Counted from the first letter of the whole stretch, positions 1 to 12,073 are shown. The stretch: 63,605 bases of DNA, filler included, from Octopus bimaculoides (GCF_001194135.2; 7 parts of 6 records of this genome joined end to end with filler, not necessarily neighbours in it), one strand, 5' to 3'. Notes: generated by a model from the sequence alone, not told the origin. Numbers and translations: made by a program.

Positions 1-69
1 CTCCTTCTTCGTCGCCATCATCATCTTCTTAACGTCGTCAACATCATCTTCTTAACGTCGTCAACATCA

Positions 70-126
<57 letters not shown>

Positions 127-148
127 GTATATAAATATATATATATAT

Positions 149-894
149 AGGCGCAGGCATATCTGTGTAGCAAGAAGCTTGCTTCCCTAACATATGGTTC
201 CGGGTTCAGTCCCACTGCCCGGCACCTCGGGTAAGTATCTTGTACTATAGCTTCGGGCCGACTAAAGCCTTGTGAGTGGATTTGGTAGACTGAAACTGAA
301 AGAAACCCGTCTAATATATATATAGTTCACAGATGAGATCCAGATATTCTCTGTATAGAAGACACATAGTGCTCAAAAGATTCAAACATAAGCTCCGATG
401 TCTTTACAGGGGATCATTCTACACGGTAAAGAAAGCCTATATGACAAATTAGACACATCAAATATCTTCAATATATCAAATACCTAAAATACAAAATATG
501 CTTTTGAACTTCTTTGCATTAAGATCTGAGGTGTAAGATCTTTTCTACTCTGATGACGCAAGTTCGTCTCATCCTATGTTAAATGCATCCATACGGCCAC
601 ATTTTGTGATGCACTAAGTCTACCAACATTATTAAGGATCGTCGAATCTCCAGAAACAACTGTTGGACTTATAATACCCTTCTTCCATCCCTTTAATTTT
701 CTCTGCCGTTTGTAATCTGTGTAAGTTGGACCTATTTATATAAATATATAAATATATATATATATATACATATAAATTCATCATATGAACGTTTTTGCCT
801 TTTGCTTTCTCTCGTTTTGCATGTATACATATATACATATTTTGTATTTGATGCATTTAATATATTTAATATATCTAATTTGCTTATTTGCTTA

Positions 895-949
<55 letters not shown>

Positions 950-1200
950 ACGTATGTATGTGTATGTGTGTACATTTGTGTGTGTGTCTTTGTGTCTGTG
1001 TTTGTCCCATCAGTGTTGGTGTGTTCTTGGCCCCGTTTTACTAGCGGTTCGGCAAAAGTGACCGATACAATAAGAGTACTAGGCTTTAAAAAAGCAAGCT
1101 CTGGAGTCGATTTCTTCGACTAAAACCCTTCAAGGCAGTACTTCAGCATGGCCACAGTAGAAGATGACTGAGACAAGTAATAGAATACAAGAATAAAAGA
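149..1200 (+). mobile_element. tRNA-derived SINE family A, split copy (head 149-311, tail about 975-1200), with about 570 bp of unrelated sequence inside its internal microsatellite
   Basis: The head AGGCGCAGG...GGTTCCGGGTTCAGTCCCACTG has a B-box-like motif. The tail ...CAGCATGGCCACAG...GACTGAGACAAG matches many other copies in the window. Confidence 0.8.
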
Positions 1201-2784
1201 ATAGATATATACTTCAAGGTCACTGTCAACATGTACTGTCTATTAAAAAATTAGGGAGTAATCCTTCAGATTGATGCTAGATTGTTTATATATATGACTT
1301 ACGAGTGTATGCGTAAGCGCGATAGGGGGTGGAATGTTACGATGTCTGCTTCACAACCGCAAGGACACAGGTTCGATCACTCTATACGTATCATCTTGGG
1401 CAAATGTCGTTTTCTACAGCCTCAATACGACTCATATCTTATGAATGCAACTGGGTACAATGAAATTGCATAGAAGCCCGTCGGCAGGGTAGTATAGTGT
1501 ACCTCTGACTCAAAACGTTCAGCCTTGCCGCACATTTTGTGACGCTGGTTCTTTGTGAGAGTCATGTTAAAGCTACATGTCTCTTCTCTAGAACACTACA
1601 CACTTACACTTTAGAGCAAAAAGGAAGTTGGTTATCCAGTTGATCGAACGACTGAATCCTCTTCATCGAACGACGGAGATCCCAAACCACCAAATATGCA
1701 CGCGCGCGTGTATGCATGTATACATGTATGTATGTATGCATGTGTGTGTGTATGTATGCGTGTGTGTGAATGTGTGTGTGAATATTTTTATGTCTATGTG
1801 TACATACATACACATCACACATGTGTATATATATATATACATATACGCACATATGTATGTNNNNNNNNNNNNNNNNNNNNNNNNNNNNNNNNNNNNNNNN
1901 NNNNNNNNNNNNNNNNNNNNNNNNNNNNNNNNNNNNNNNNNNNNNNNNNNNNNNNNNNNNNNNNNNNNNNNNNNNNNNNNNNNNNNNNNNNNNNNNNNNN
2001 NNNNNNNNNNNNNNNNNNNNNNNNNNNNNNNNNNNNNNNNNNNNNNNNNNNNNNNNNNNNNNNNNNNNNNNNNNNNNNNNNNNNNNNNNNNNNNNNNNNN
2101 NNNNNNNNNNNNNNNNNNNNNNNNNNNNNNNNNNNNNNNNNNNNNNNNNNNNNNNNNNNNNNNNNNATATACATATATATATATACACACTCATACACCA
2201 CACTCACATACAACACTCACACACATGCATACTTATATACATGTATGAACACGGGCATATATGCGTACGCATATACATGCTTATATATATGTACACACAC
2301 ACTCACACACACCCACACATTCACACACACACACACAGACATACACACACACACACACGCACACACACACTCACACACACACACACACACACACTCACAC
2401 ACTCAAAGGTTGTAGTGATTGAAATGGAAAGGTACACAGAGGCTAAAGCGTATAGATGTGAGGCAGGGTGTGAATGCATAAAGGGTGATAAAATAAATAA
2501 TTTCTATGAACCTCTTTCATTTGTTCCAGATATTTTGAATTTTTGCTTCATTTCTGATCTTTTTTTATGTCTAACGATGGACATTGATGTATGTGAGTAT
2601 TTTGTTTTTCTTTTCAAACGTAATTCTAGAGAACTGCAAAGACAAATTTACTGTTATTTTGGCGTACTTATTTTGCCCAACCTAAATTTGTCTTTTGTAC
2701 GCTCAAAGAGAACGGAGATAATTTTCTGAATATTATTTACATTATTTACATTGGACGGATATGTTGTTCATCTTGTTTTTTGTT

Positions 2785-2830
2785 ACCACAATGTTTCGGC
2801 TGATTTACTCACCAGCCTTCATCAGGTGTC
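2785..2830 (-). ncRNA. Minimal type I hammerhead ribozyme, copy 1 (stem III palindrome broken)
   Basis: Reverse complement GACAC-CTGATGA-A-GGCTGG-tgagtaaa-TCAGCC-GAAAC-ATT-GTGGT. Confidence 0.7.
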
Positions 2831-2934
2831 TGGGTAGAATGTTGAGCCCAGCCCAGGGTTCTAATTCTTAAGGTATTTTTTTTGCTGATGTTGTTGTTGT
2901 TGTTATTATTATTATTATTATTATTATCTATCCA

Positions 2935-3006
2935 AGGCACTGCCTGTAATTGGACTCGGAATCTTGGGGTTAGTAGCCCGCGCTCATAACCGTTACGCTA
3001 TATGCC
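2935..3006 (-). ncRNA. tRNA-like segment inside the PLE 3' region (copy 1, decayed)
   Basis: Reverse complement GGCATATAGCGTAACGGTTATGAGCGCGGGCTACTAACCCCAAGATTCCGAGTCCAATT, homologous to the better copy at 44104-44175. Confidence 0.6.
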
Positions 3007-3009
3007 CGT

Positions 3010-3441
3010 GGGCAATTATAGAGTGAGTTTTAGGGCTTATAATCCCAATATTTTCCTATCCTTCCTTAATACCGGTTCCTATATTCTACTCATATCTGCA
3101 CTAGATCTACTTAGGAGGTTATTATGTCCTAGCATATGTGGTGCCTCTTTTAGTTTTCGTATTTTCAAGTGGTGTTCTCTGTCTATTATTTTAACTTCAT
3201 CTCACAGGGGAAGGTGGTCTCCGCTTTTCCATACATGATTAGCTATACCCGATTTTTCATCATCTCGTGTCACAGCTTTACGATGTTCATTTACTCTTAT
3301 TTTGAGTGGGCGACATGTTTCCCCTTTGTATAACCTACCATAACTGCATGGGATGCCGTACACATAGTCTTTAGTCATATTCTCTTCTATTGGTGGTTTT
3401 ACTCGCAGATATTTACGAAGTGTCGTATTACTCTTGAACAT
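3010..3441 (-). pseudogene. PLE GIY-YIG endonuclease remnant
   Basis: ORF 3202-3441 reads VYGIPCSYGRLYKGETCRPLKIRVNEHRKAV...SGIANHVW, the typical PLE VYxIPCxxCxxxYIGETxRxLxxRxxEH pattern. Confidence 0.9.
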
Positions 3442-3499
3442 ATGGACCGCATATCTTTTGTATCTTTTCCGAGAGGCCTTTCGCTTAGGGTAGACAGAC

Positions 3500-4520
3500 T
3501 GTGGTCAGTTTATGGGTTTCATCCTCTCCCCTCTTCCTAATTGAAATGGATAGCATGTTTTTGGGTAGTTGTTGCTTAATAGGTTGTTACTTAGCTCGAT
3601 CATTTCTTCGTGGTGTGTATCAGGATCGCTACTTATATTCTTTGCACGTTGTTTTAGGCACTGAGCAATCCCTTTCTTTACACTATATTGATGGTAGGAA
3701 TTGAAGTTGAGGTATCGTCCAGTGAAGGTTGGCTTGCGGTATACGGATGTCCTGAACCCATGCTTAGTGCGTGTTTAATACATCCAGGAATGCTAGCTGA
3801 CTGTATGGATGGCTTTATTGAATTCACATGATCTAGCAGTACTTGGACATCTTACTGGTGAGGCCAGACTATAAAGGTACCATCAATGTATCGAATCCAT
3901 AAGGTTGGCTTTAGTGGTGTTGATCCTAAAGTTAAATTCTCAAAGTATTCCATGTATATATTGGCTATTATTGGTGATAATGGCGAACCCATAGCTAAAC
4001 CTCCAACTGTCGATATATATCAGTATCTACTCTTGTTATATCCTTAATAGAGGTTATTATGTCCAAGTATGGAATGCGCTTGATGGTTGTCACAAAGTTG
4101 AGACGCTTGTTTAGTACTGCTTCTTCAGAGTTTTCCAGATGTCGGCTTCTTACGTTAATTACTGCTTTTACAAGTGGGTGACTTCTTAATCTGGCGTGTC
4201 TTCACATTCTCAAATTCTTTCTTGTACGACTTTCCTAGATCATGTTCGATTCTCTTTCTAATCATCATCCCTGGTTATTATCCCAGCTAATGAAGATAAC
4301 TTGTCTCTGATTTCGTTATTTAGTTGATGTTTTTTCCAACGGTTATAATGGATCCTCTCACGGACAAAGGCATGTCCTGCCCTTTCTTTGAGCTTTATTT
4401 GAATCCACTGCTGTCATTGCATTCAAGCAAGCGGGTATTCGCTTTGAGTCTCTACATCTACACAGGAAGGTTAGATAATTTGAAAGACGAACTAGTTTCT
4501 GATGGAGTTTCTCTGTATGT
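3500..4520 (-). pseudogene. PLE reverse transcriptase remnant (stops, frameshifts, N-terminal half of RT deleted near 4030)
   Basis: AMGSPLSP, WIRYIDG and RKPTFTGRYLNFNSYH motifs. The N-terminal region runs directly into the AMGSP motif. Confidence 0.88.
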
Positions 4521-4635
4521 CTCCGATTAGATAATACTATTCTGTATTTTAGAGATGAGGAATTCTGAACATTATTTTCATAATTTACGTTGGACGGATA
4601 TGTTTCCTCATCTTGTAGAATCAAAATTCTACCAG

Positions 4636-4681
4636 GACCCCTGATGAAGGTTGGAAAGTAAATCAGCCGAAACGTTGTGGT
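4636..4681 (+). ncRNA. Minimal type I hammerhead ribozyme, copy 2 (stem I degenerate)
   Basis: GACCC-CTGATGA-A-GGTTGG-aaagtaaa-TCAGCC-GAAAC-GTT-GTGGT. Confidence 0.7.
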
Positions 4682-4974
4682 AACAATAGACAAGATGAGG
4701 ACACATATCCGTCCAATGTAAATAATGTACAGAATTCCTCATGTCTAAAATATAGAATAGTGTTCTGAATATGTTGTAGTGCTTGTGACTCATTTAGAGA
4801 AGCTTAGTTGTTTAGCTGATATAGTCTTTGTAAGGTAATAAACATTTGTTAAAAATTTTTTTTCTCAAAATCAAAAATGCAATAAATATTACTCATTGTG
4901 CCCCACATCCTTAACTGCTCTCAATTTGCAGGGTTTTGAGTTGTGTCAATGTCAACAGATAGAGATGTGCATTA

Positions 4975-5350
4975 TTCTTTTCTACTCTAGGCACAAGGCC
5001 CGAAATTTTTGGGGAAAGAGATAGTCGATTAGATCGACCCTAGTACGCAACTGGTACTTAACTTATCGACTCCGAAAGGATGAAAGGCAAAGTCGACCTC
5101 GGCGGAATTTGAACTCAGAATGTAAAGACAGACGAAATACCGCTAAGCATTTCACCCGGCGTGCTAACGTTTCTTATTTCTTTACTGCCCACAAGGGGCT
5201 ACACACAGAGGAGACAAACAAGAACAGACAAACGGATTAAGTCGATTATATCGACCCCAGTGCGTAACTGGTACTTATTTAATCAACCCCGAAAAGATGA
5301 AAAACAAAGTTAACCTTGGCGAACGTTTCTGCCAGCTTGCCGCCTTAGGG
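4975..5350 (-). mobile_element. tRNA-derived SINE family B, two nested or tandem copies
   Basis: Reverse complement of GGCGGCAAGCTGGCAGAAACGTT...TTCTGAGTTCAAATTCCGCCGAGGTCGACTTTGCCTTTCATCC; the GATCGACCC...ACTGGTACTTA block occurs twice. Confidence 0.8.
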
Positions 5351-5884
5351 ATGTCCAATATAAACTTTCGATGGGCGGTGAGCGTGCGTTAGGGCGTCAG
5401 ACAAAATACAATACCGCATTTCTTCAAGGTCTTAACATTCTGGTTTGAAACCTCTCCGTGTTTAATTATGCTCTTTATCCTTCGAGATCGATAAAATGAA
5501 ATATCGGTGACGTACTGGAATTCATGATATCAACAAACCTCCATTCTCTCAAACTTGTTGGCCTTGTGTCTAAATTAGAAGCCCTTATTAGCAGTTATAG
5601 CGTGGTGGATTAATGGAAATGTTCTGAGGTATTATTTCCAGTATTTACCTTCGCAAGTCTAATCTACTGAGATCAACATTACCTTTCTTTCTTCCTTTCA
5701 AGATCGACAAAATAAAGTACCGGTCAAATACTGGGTCTTTATAAGTGTTTAAGTTCGCCCTCAGCTTGTTGACCTTTTTCTATCAGAAAAATCTACATTG
5801 ATACACACACACACATACACGTCTGTTTGTGTGTCGTTTTATGTTTACAGTGTGTGTGTGATCGTGTGTGCGTGAGTGTGTTCA

Positions 5885-5919
<35 letters not shown>

Positions 5920-6071
5920 ATGTGTCTTGTTTCTATGTTTACAATGGTTTACAAACCGGTGTTATTATTCAGGTTGCGTCTCTTTACGTCCATTAATCTC
6001 TGCATACACATTGTACATGGATACAATCAAAATGATTCTTTTCAGTTGGATACATTACATATATACATGCA

Positions 6072-6104
<33 letters not shown>

Positions 6105-6404
6105 GCATACATACATACATACATACATACACACACATATATAAGAATAAAAATATGTGCACAGTTGAAAGGAATGAAAAAATGTTGATTTATTAGCCAC
6201 AACACAGACTTGATAGTTATATTTGCGGAATCAATAACATATGTCTGTATAAAGTTGTAGAAAACTGATTTTTTATATCGAATTTATGATGGTTGCCATT
6301 TTTATATGTATTCTCGAAGAAAATACGTAACTTTTACATCATACTGATGTCGACGTGGCAGGGAGATAAACTATAGCATCAGTAGCACTCAATAACGACC
6401 AATC

Positions 6405-6470
<66 letters not shown>

Positions 6471-6686
6471 CATTAGGAAGATACCAATTTGTCTATCTGT
6501 TTATCTATCTGAAAATCGTGCTCTCAATCTGTCTATGAGTCTATCTAGCCACCTACTTTGCTGCCAGATCTTGTCAACTATAGTTGCGGAGTGTCATTTG
6601 CAATATAAATTCTGGTTGTATATAAACTAATTTCCACTAGCATGGAACCTCAGGTCCCAGAAAGGTAACAAAATTGCTCTAAAAAG

Positions 6687-6723
<37 letters not shown>

Positions 6724-7799
6724 AAGGTTTGGAGGTGATGTACAGAAATTATATAGAAAAAAATTAAGGTACTCAGAAATCTGGATGTTTGTACATTTAC
6801 AGATTTTTATTAATGTCACATATTAAATGAAGCGCTTTTCACCNNNNNNNNNNNNNNNNNNNNNNNNNNNNNNNNNNNNNNNNNNNNNNNNNNNNNNNNN
6901 NNNNNNNNNNNNNNNNNNNNNNNNNNNNNNNNNNNNNNNNNNNNNNNNNNNNNNNNNNNNNNNNNNNNNNNNNNNNNNNNNNNNNNNNNNNNNNNNNNNN
7001 NNNNNNNNNNNNNNNNNNNNNNNNNNNNNNNNNNNNNNNNNNNNNNNNNNNNNNNNNNNNNNNNNNNNNNNNNNNNNNNNNNNNNNNNNNNNNNNNNNNN
7101 NNNNNNNNNNNNNNNNNNNNNNNNTATATATATATATATATATATACATGTGTGTATGTGTGTGTGTGTGCGTGCGTGTGTGTGTATGAAGAATATACAG
7201 CAATAAATAATCCAGGCGAATACCGGAGGAGCTCTCAGGTATATTCCAGGTTCCCCGCTGGCCACATAAGTAGTAAGAAGTACCAAGGATCGCTTAGAAT
7301 GAGAAATCTCACTGTAATTCTTCTGCTGGGCAAATTCGAGTTCGCTTCGCTAGATTATGAATATTTTCGGGGCTGTAAATTTAAAACAATTACAAAGAAT
7401 ACGGCGACTGGTACATCTTCAAATTTTTATTTTAATTTAACAGTTAATTTTACAGCATAGCTAGTTAGTTAAAATGACCGACACGTGTTTCTGCTGCATA
7501 GAGTATGTGCAGTTGTGTATGCAACCCTCAATAATTTGTCATACAGCTTCATTAGGAGTATTTCGGGGTATTTCCATGTATGTATGTATGTATATACTTA
7601 TATGCTTGTGTGTGTGCACTGCTCATTTTCCGAATACTGTTAAGTGAGAACTTCCTTTTGGCCGGATGAAATTACAAGATATAAGAAATTTTCGCGTTCG
7701 CCATATTTAGTTTATTTAATTGTTAAAGAGGCGTTGCAAGCTGTGTTCATTTCTCAAAATGTTTACCCTGCAACATTCGGTTATTTAAGCACATCATAC

Positions 7800-8125
7800 T
7801 TAACTTTAACCCAGGTTTCGCCGTGAATTGTTTCGAGTAATGTGATTTTCTGGGGTGCATAAATATTGATGTTGTCATAGATACGTTCGATTCCCTTCTT
7901 CATGCGTCCCAGAACTCCGATGGCTACTGCTATTATTTTGGTCTTCATATTCCTCATCCTGTTGATTTCAATGCGTGGGCCTTTGTACTTGGTCACCTTC
8001 TCTGCAACTTTTATGGAGGTGTTTCTTCCGTCGTGTCTGTTGACTTTTGTCTTTCTGTTAGTGTGGATGGGCATGTACCAGATAATGGCGACATCATTGT
8101 TGTCAGCGACCATGTTTGGCTAATG
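7800..8125 (-). mobile_element. R4/Dong-clade non-LTR retrotransposon 3' fragment (restriction-like endonuclease region)
   Basis: IIWYMPIHTNRKTKVNR...KVTKYKGPRIEINRMRNMKTKIIAVAIGVLG...QKITLL matches the R4/Dong C-terminal pattern. Confidence 0.8.
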
Positions 8126-8519
8126 TTATACAATTTCTTTTTTTTAATTTTTACATAACTCCTGCATATTTTCCAGTGTAGGTGCGCCGTAGCCGTGTTA
8201 ACCCTGTGGATATATTTAGTCTATGCTAGTTTATAATCTATATATTAATACTCTAAGGCCAGATGCGTCATAGTGTCACGTGGTTAGCTGAAAGGAGTGG
8301 CGAAAAGCGAGAGAAAAAATGAAGAGAGGAAAAGAAGGAGAGAGAAAGAAAGAGAGATAAAAAGCGGAAGATAGAAGTGTTAACAATGTGAGGTAGGGGC
8401 AAAGTAATAGTCATTACGTAATTGAAAAGTTAGTTGAAGGGAGTGATATAAGGAAAGAGGGTTAGAAATACTACTTTTAGCAGAGGGGTGATGCTCTGGT
8501 GATAAGTTTAAAGGAAAGC

Positions 8520-8556
<37 letters not shown>

Positions 8557-8959
8557 NNNNNNNNNNNNNNNNNNNNNNNNNNNNNNNNNNNNNNNNNNNN
8601 NNNNNNNNNNNNNNNNNNNNNNNNNNNNNNNNNNNNNNNNNNNNNNNNNNNNNNNNNNNNNNNNNNNNNNNNNNNNNNNNNNNNNNNNNNNNNNNNNNNN
8701 NNNNNNNNNNNNNNNNNNNNNNNNNNNNNNNNNNNNNNNNNNNNNNNNNNNNNNNNNNNNNNNNNNNNNNNNNNNNNNNNNNNNNNNNNNNNNNNNNNNN
8801 NNNNNNNNNNNNNNNNNNNNNNNNNNNNNNNNNNNNNNNATGTAGTTACGTGGTTAGTGGAAGTACGAGGTGAAGAGAAAGAGAAAGATAGAAACGATAA
8901 CGACGTGAAGAGGGAAATGACATGGTTAAAAAGTTTGTTAAAGTAAGAGGTAGGGAGAA

Positions 8960-9023
<64 letters not shown>

Positions 9024-9520
9024 AGTGTTTAGCAGAGGGAAATTTTAATTTTTTATATCTTCTATTTGTCGATCTGTTATCTACCCATCCACATTGACAA
9101 ACACATCGATGGGTAGATGGTAGAAAGAAGGTTTGTATTAGACAACGTAGAAGACAAAATATGAATCAAAGAGAGTACAGTGAGTATTTACCACAGATAA
9201 GAGGAATATGTTCAAGATAGAATAGAAAATAAAAAGGAGAGAGAGAACGCCAAAAAAAAATATACTGTAAACACATGGTTGAAATTTACAACATTGGTGA
9301 CATGAATATTCTCTGTAATCACTGTAAAGCTCTTAGATTTATAAACGAACCTTTGGACTGCTGGGAGAATAGGAAAGTCATGCCCCTTCAATTACAGCCA
9401 CATCCAGAACTGAAAGGTTTTTCAAAATGAAAATAATGTAGAATAAGCAACTAATTTTTATGGTACTATATAAACTTCCAACCGTCTAAACAAATTTCGT
9501 ATTTACTGTAAAATTTCTAC

Positions 9521-9523
<3 letters not shown>

Positions 9524-9595
<72 letters not shown>

Positions 9596-9620
9596 TGTTG
9601 TTGTTGTTGTAGTTGTTATT

Positions 9621-9659
<39 letters not shown>

Positions 9660-9665
9660 TATAAT

Positions 9666-9707
<42 letters not shown>

Positions 9708-9742
9708 TATTATTATTATTATTAATATTATTATTATTATTT
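9524..9742. repeat. Compound (ATT)n/(GTT)n/(AAT)n/(ATT)n trinucleotide array
   Basis: Directly visible; the orientation of the blocks alternates. Confidence 0.95.
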
Positions 9743-10139
9743 TAGTGTCTTTGCACAGCTTCTAACGCTGGAGATGTACTACAGTGCCAGCTCTTCACTA
9801 CCAGTGAACTAAGGTAACACCCCTTATTTTTCGAGCACCTTCCGGAGTGTTCGAGCGGTTCCAAGCAGTGCTGTTTTCTGCAAGTGCTCAACCCTTATTG
9901 CAGCCCCTATTTGTTCCATGTACTTCTCAAGATTTTTACTCACTGTTCCCAGAACTCCGACAATTATTGGTACTACTACCACCTTTTTCAGCGACCACAA
10001 CTGCTTAACCTCCCAAGCTAACCTGTTATATCTATCAACTTTTCTTTCTTCCTTATCGCATACCTTGTTGTCAGCTGGGCATGCTATATCTATGATCCAG
10101 CAACGTTTGCTTTCTTTCTCAATTAACACTGTCTGTTGG

Positions 10140-10145
<6 letters not shown>
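9743..10145 (-). mobile_element. 5'-truncated R4/Dong-clade LINE (RLE domain, 3' UTR, (TAA)n tail)
   Basis: WIIDIACPADNKV...KVDRYNRLAWEVKQLW...VPIIVGVLGTV...LQKTALLGTARTLRKVLEK, stop at 9824, then a short UTR and a TAA tail. Confidence 0.92.
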
Positions 10146-10169
<24 letters not shown>

Positions 10170-10172
<3 letters not shown>

Positions 10173-11678
10173 TTATGTTTGACTTTTGCTTTGCATTTGT
10201 ACAAGTTGGATCCAAGTCTCACCCAGAGACCTCAAGAGACAACAAGTTAGAAGTTCATGTAGGTGTTATGCCTAGGGTACCATATATTTGAATTTGTACA
10301 GTGTTGTTCTAGATAATGTTTTAAAATTTGAGATCACATAGACAGTATTTTACGTAGGATATGGGCAGTTCCCNNNNNNNNNNNNNNNNNNNNNNNNNNN
10401 NNNNNNNNNNNNNNNNNNNNNNNNNNNNNNNNNNNNNNNNNNNNNNNNNNNNNNNNNNNNNNNNNNNNNNNNNNNNNNNNNNNNNNNNNNNNNNNNNNNN
10501 NNNNNNNNNNNNNNNNNNNNNNNNNNNNNNNNNNNNNNNNNNNNNNNNNNNNNNNNNNNNNNNNNNNNNNNNNNNNNNNNNNNNNNNNNNNNNNNNNNNN
10601 NNNNNNNNNNNNNNNNNNNNNNNNNNNNNNNNNNNNNNNNNNNNNNNNNNNNNNNNNNNNNNNNNNNNNNNNNNNNNNNNNNNNNNNNNNNNNNNNNNNN
10701 NNNNNNNNNNNNNNNNNNNNNNNNNNNNNNNNNNNNNNNNNNNNNNNNNNNNNNNNNNNNNNNNNNNNNNNNNNNNNNNNNNNNNNNNNNNNNNNNNNNN
10801 NNNNNNNNNNNNNNNNNNNNNNNNNNNNNNNNNNNNNNNNNNNNNNNNNNNNNNNNNNNNNNNNNNNNNNNNNNNNNNNNNNNNNNNNNNNNNNNNNNNN
10901 NNNNCTCAGTAGGCGCAAGCAAACTGCACATGGAGACAACATGATCGATGGTCTCATTTTGTTGTTGGCATATACGACATAATGGGGAGCTGCCGTTCTT
11001 TAATATGTTGGCCTGGTAGTTCTTTGTAAGTAGGCATTGATCTTGGGCTGCTATGATAAACCCCTCTGTTTCTGATTTCAAGCGAGAGACCATTAGCCAT
11101 TGATGGGTAAGGGCTTTGTCAATATCTGCATTATTCGCTCTCTTTGGGTATTTGCCATTGAGAGGTTTTCCATGCCATTTATCAGTCATAATATCTAAGG
11201 CAGCAATTTTAGCACGGGTTTTCAAGCGCTTAGCTTTATCTGCGGTGTTTCTAGTTCGTCTAATTCTTGGATTTGTTGTAATTGGAATTCACTTAGATAT
11301 TCCTTTGCCTGTTTTGTTACTGAGTAAGATGCTTTCTTGCTTTCATGTTTTGAGACAAGTTTTAGCATCCAGTCCTCAGAGTTTTTCAGATAGGTGTCTA
11401 GGCCAATTGTGGCTACCTTCATTGTTAATGCCAGCTGTAGCAGTCCACGGCCTCCCTCTTTTCTCGGCATATAAAGACGTTCTATATCTGCCTTAGGGTG
11501 GTGCATTCTATGCATGGTCAACAGTTTTCGTATTTTTCTGTCAACATTACATATTTCAGTAATTGACCAGTTAACGATATTGAAACTAAGTCACGACTGG
11601 TATGGCTAGAGCATTGATCGCTTCGATCCTGTTTCTCGCGTTCAGCTCTGTCTTCAGTATTGCTCTCACCCTGCGATA
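10170..11678 (-). mobile_element. R4/Dong-clade LINE 3' portion (RT thumb, CCHC knuckle, gap over the RLE, 3' UTR); left in the sense direction, truncated upstream by the spacer
   Basis: YRRVRAILKTELNARNRIEAINALAIPVV; HRMHHPKADIERLYMPRKEGGRGL; SETEGFIIAAQDQCL; CRICQQQNETIDHVVSMC; GTAHILRKILSM stop; (TAA)n tail. Confidence 0.92.
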
Positions 11679-11778
11679 NNNNNNNNNNNNNNNNNNNNNN
11701 NNNNNNNNNNNNNNNNNNNNNNTTAATTAATTAANNNNNNNNNNNNNNNNNNNNNNNNNNNNNNNNNNNNNNNNNNNN
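11679..11778. other. Synthetic scaffold spacer (44 N, TTAATTAATTAA, 44 N); the 12-mer recurs at 29521, 42213, 52038, 55428 and 61721
   Basis: An identical 12-mer with stops in all six frames, embedded in N runs six times. Confidence 0.95.
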
Positions 11779-12020
11779 GAAATATCGTTCACTAGATAAC
11801 AAATGGCACTCTTCTTTTAATTTTGACTCTATATCTTCAGGAGGAGTTACCTCAATCCTTTCTATATTAACCAAAATGAAGTAGATTGACAAATTTATTT
11901 TTTGAACCAGTTGAAGACACACGAGATGTCGAAATATCGTTCACTAGATAACAAATGGCACTCTTCTTTTAATTTTGACTCTATACCTTCAGGAGAAGTT
12001 ACCTCAATCCTTTCTATATT
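11779..12020 (+). repeat. 152-bp tandem repeat (about 1.6 units) with hammerhead-like topology at the unit junction
   Basis: GAAATATCGTTCACTAGATAACAAATGGCACTC... occurs at 11779 and 11931; a partial inverted copy lies at 51310-51354. Confidence 0.85.
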
Positions 12021-12073
12021 ATTAATAATAATAATAATAGTGATGATGACGATGGTGACGAACATTACCATAC

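Larger units (their letters stand above)
2722..4740 (-). mobile_element. Penelope-like retroelement (PLE), degenerate and internally deleted, with a 3' pseudo-LTR and an inverted 5' terminal fragment
   Basis: Minus-strand translation gives the PLE N-terminus (LSNYLTFLCRCRDSKRIP; VINVRSRHLENSEEAVLNKRLNF), RT motifs (GLAMGSPLSPIIANIYME; WIRYIDG) and a GIY-YIG domain. The terminal sequence at 2722-2830 is repeated at 4561-4740. Confidence 0.92.

Noticed and set aside
550-585. CTGATGA at about 551, and again at about 23634, as possible hammerheads
   Set aside because: There is no downstream GAAA and no stem I.
8225-9520. A|TCTATATATT start resembling a Helitron 5' end
   Set aside because: No 3' hairpin-CTAG terminus was found, and a gap interrupts the region.
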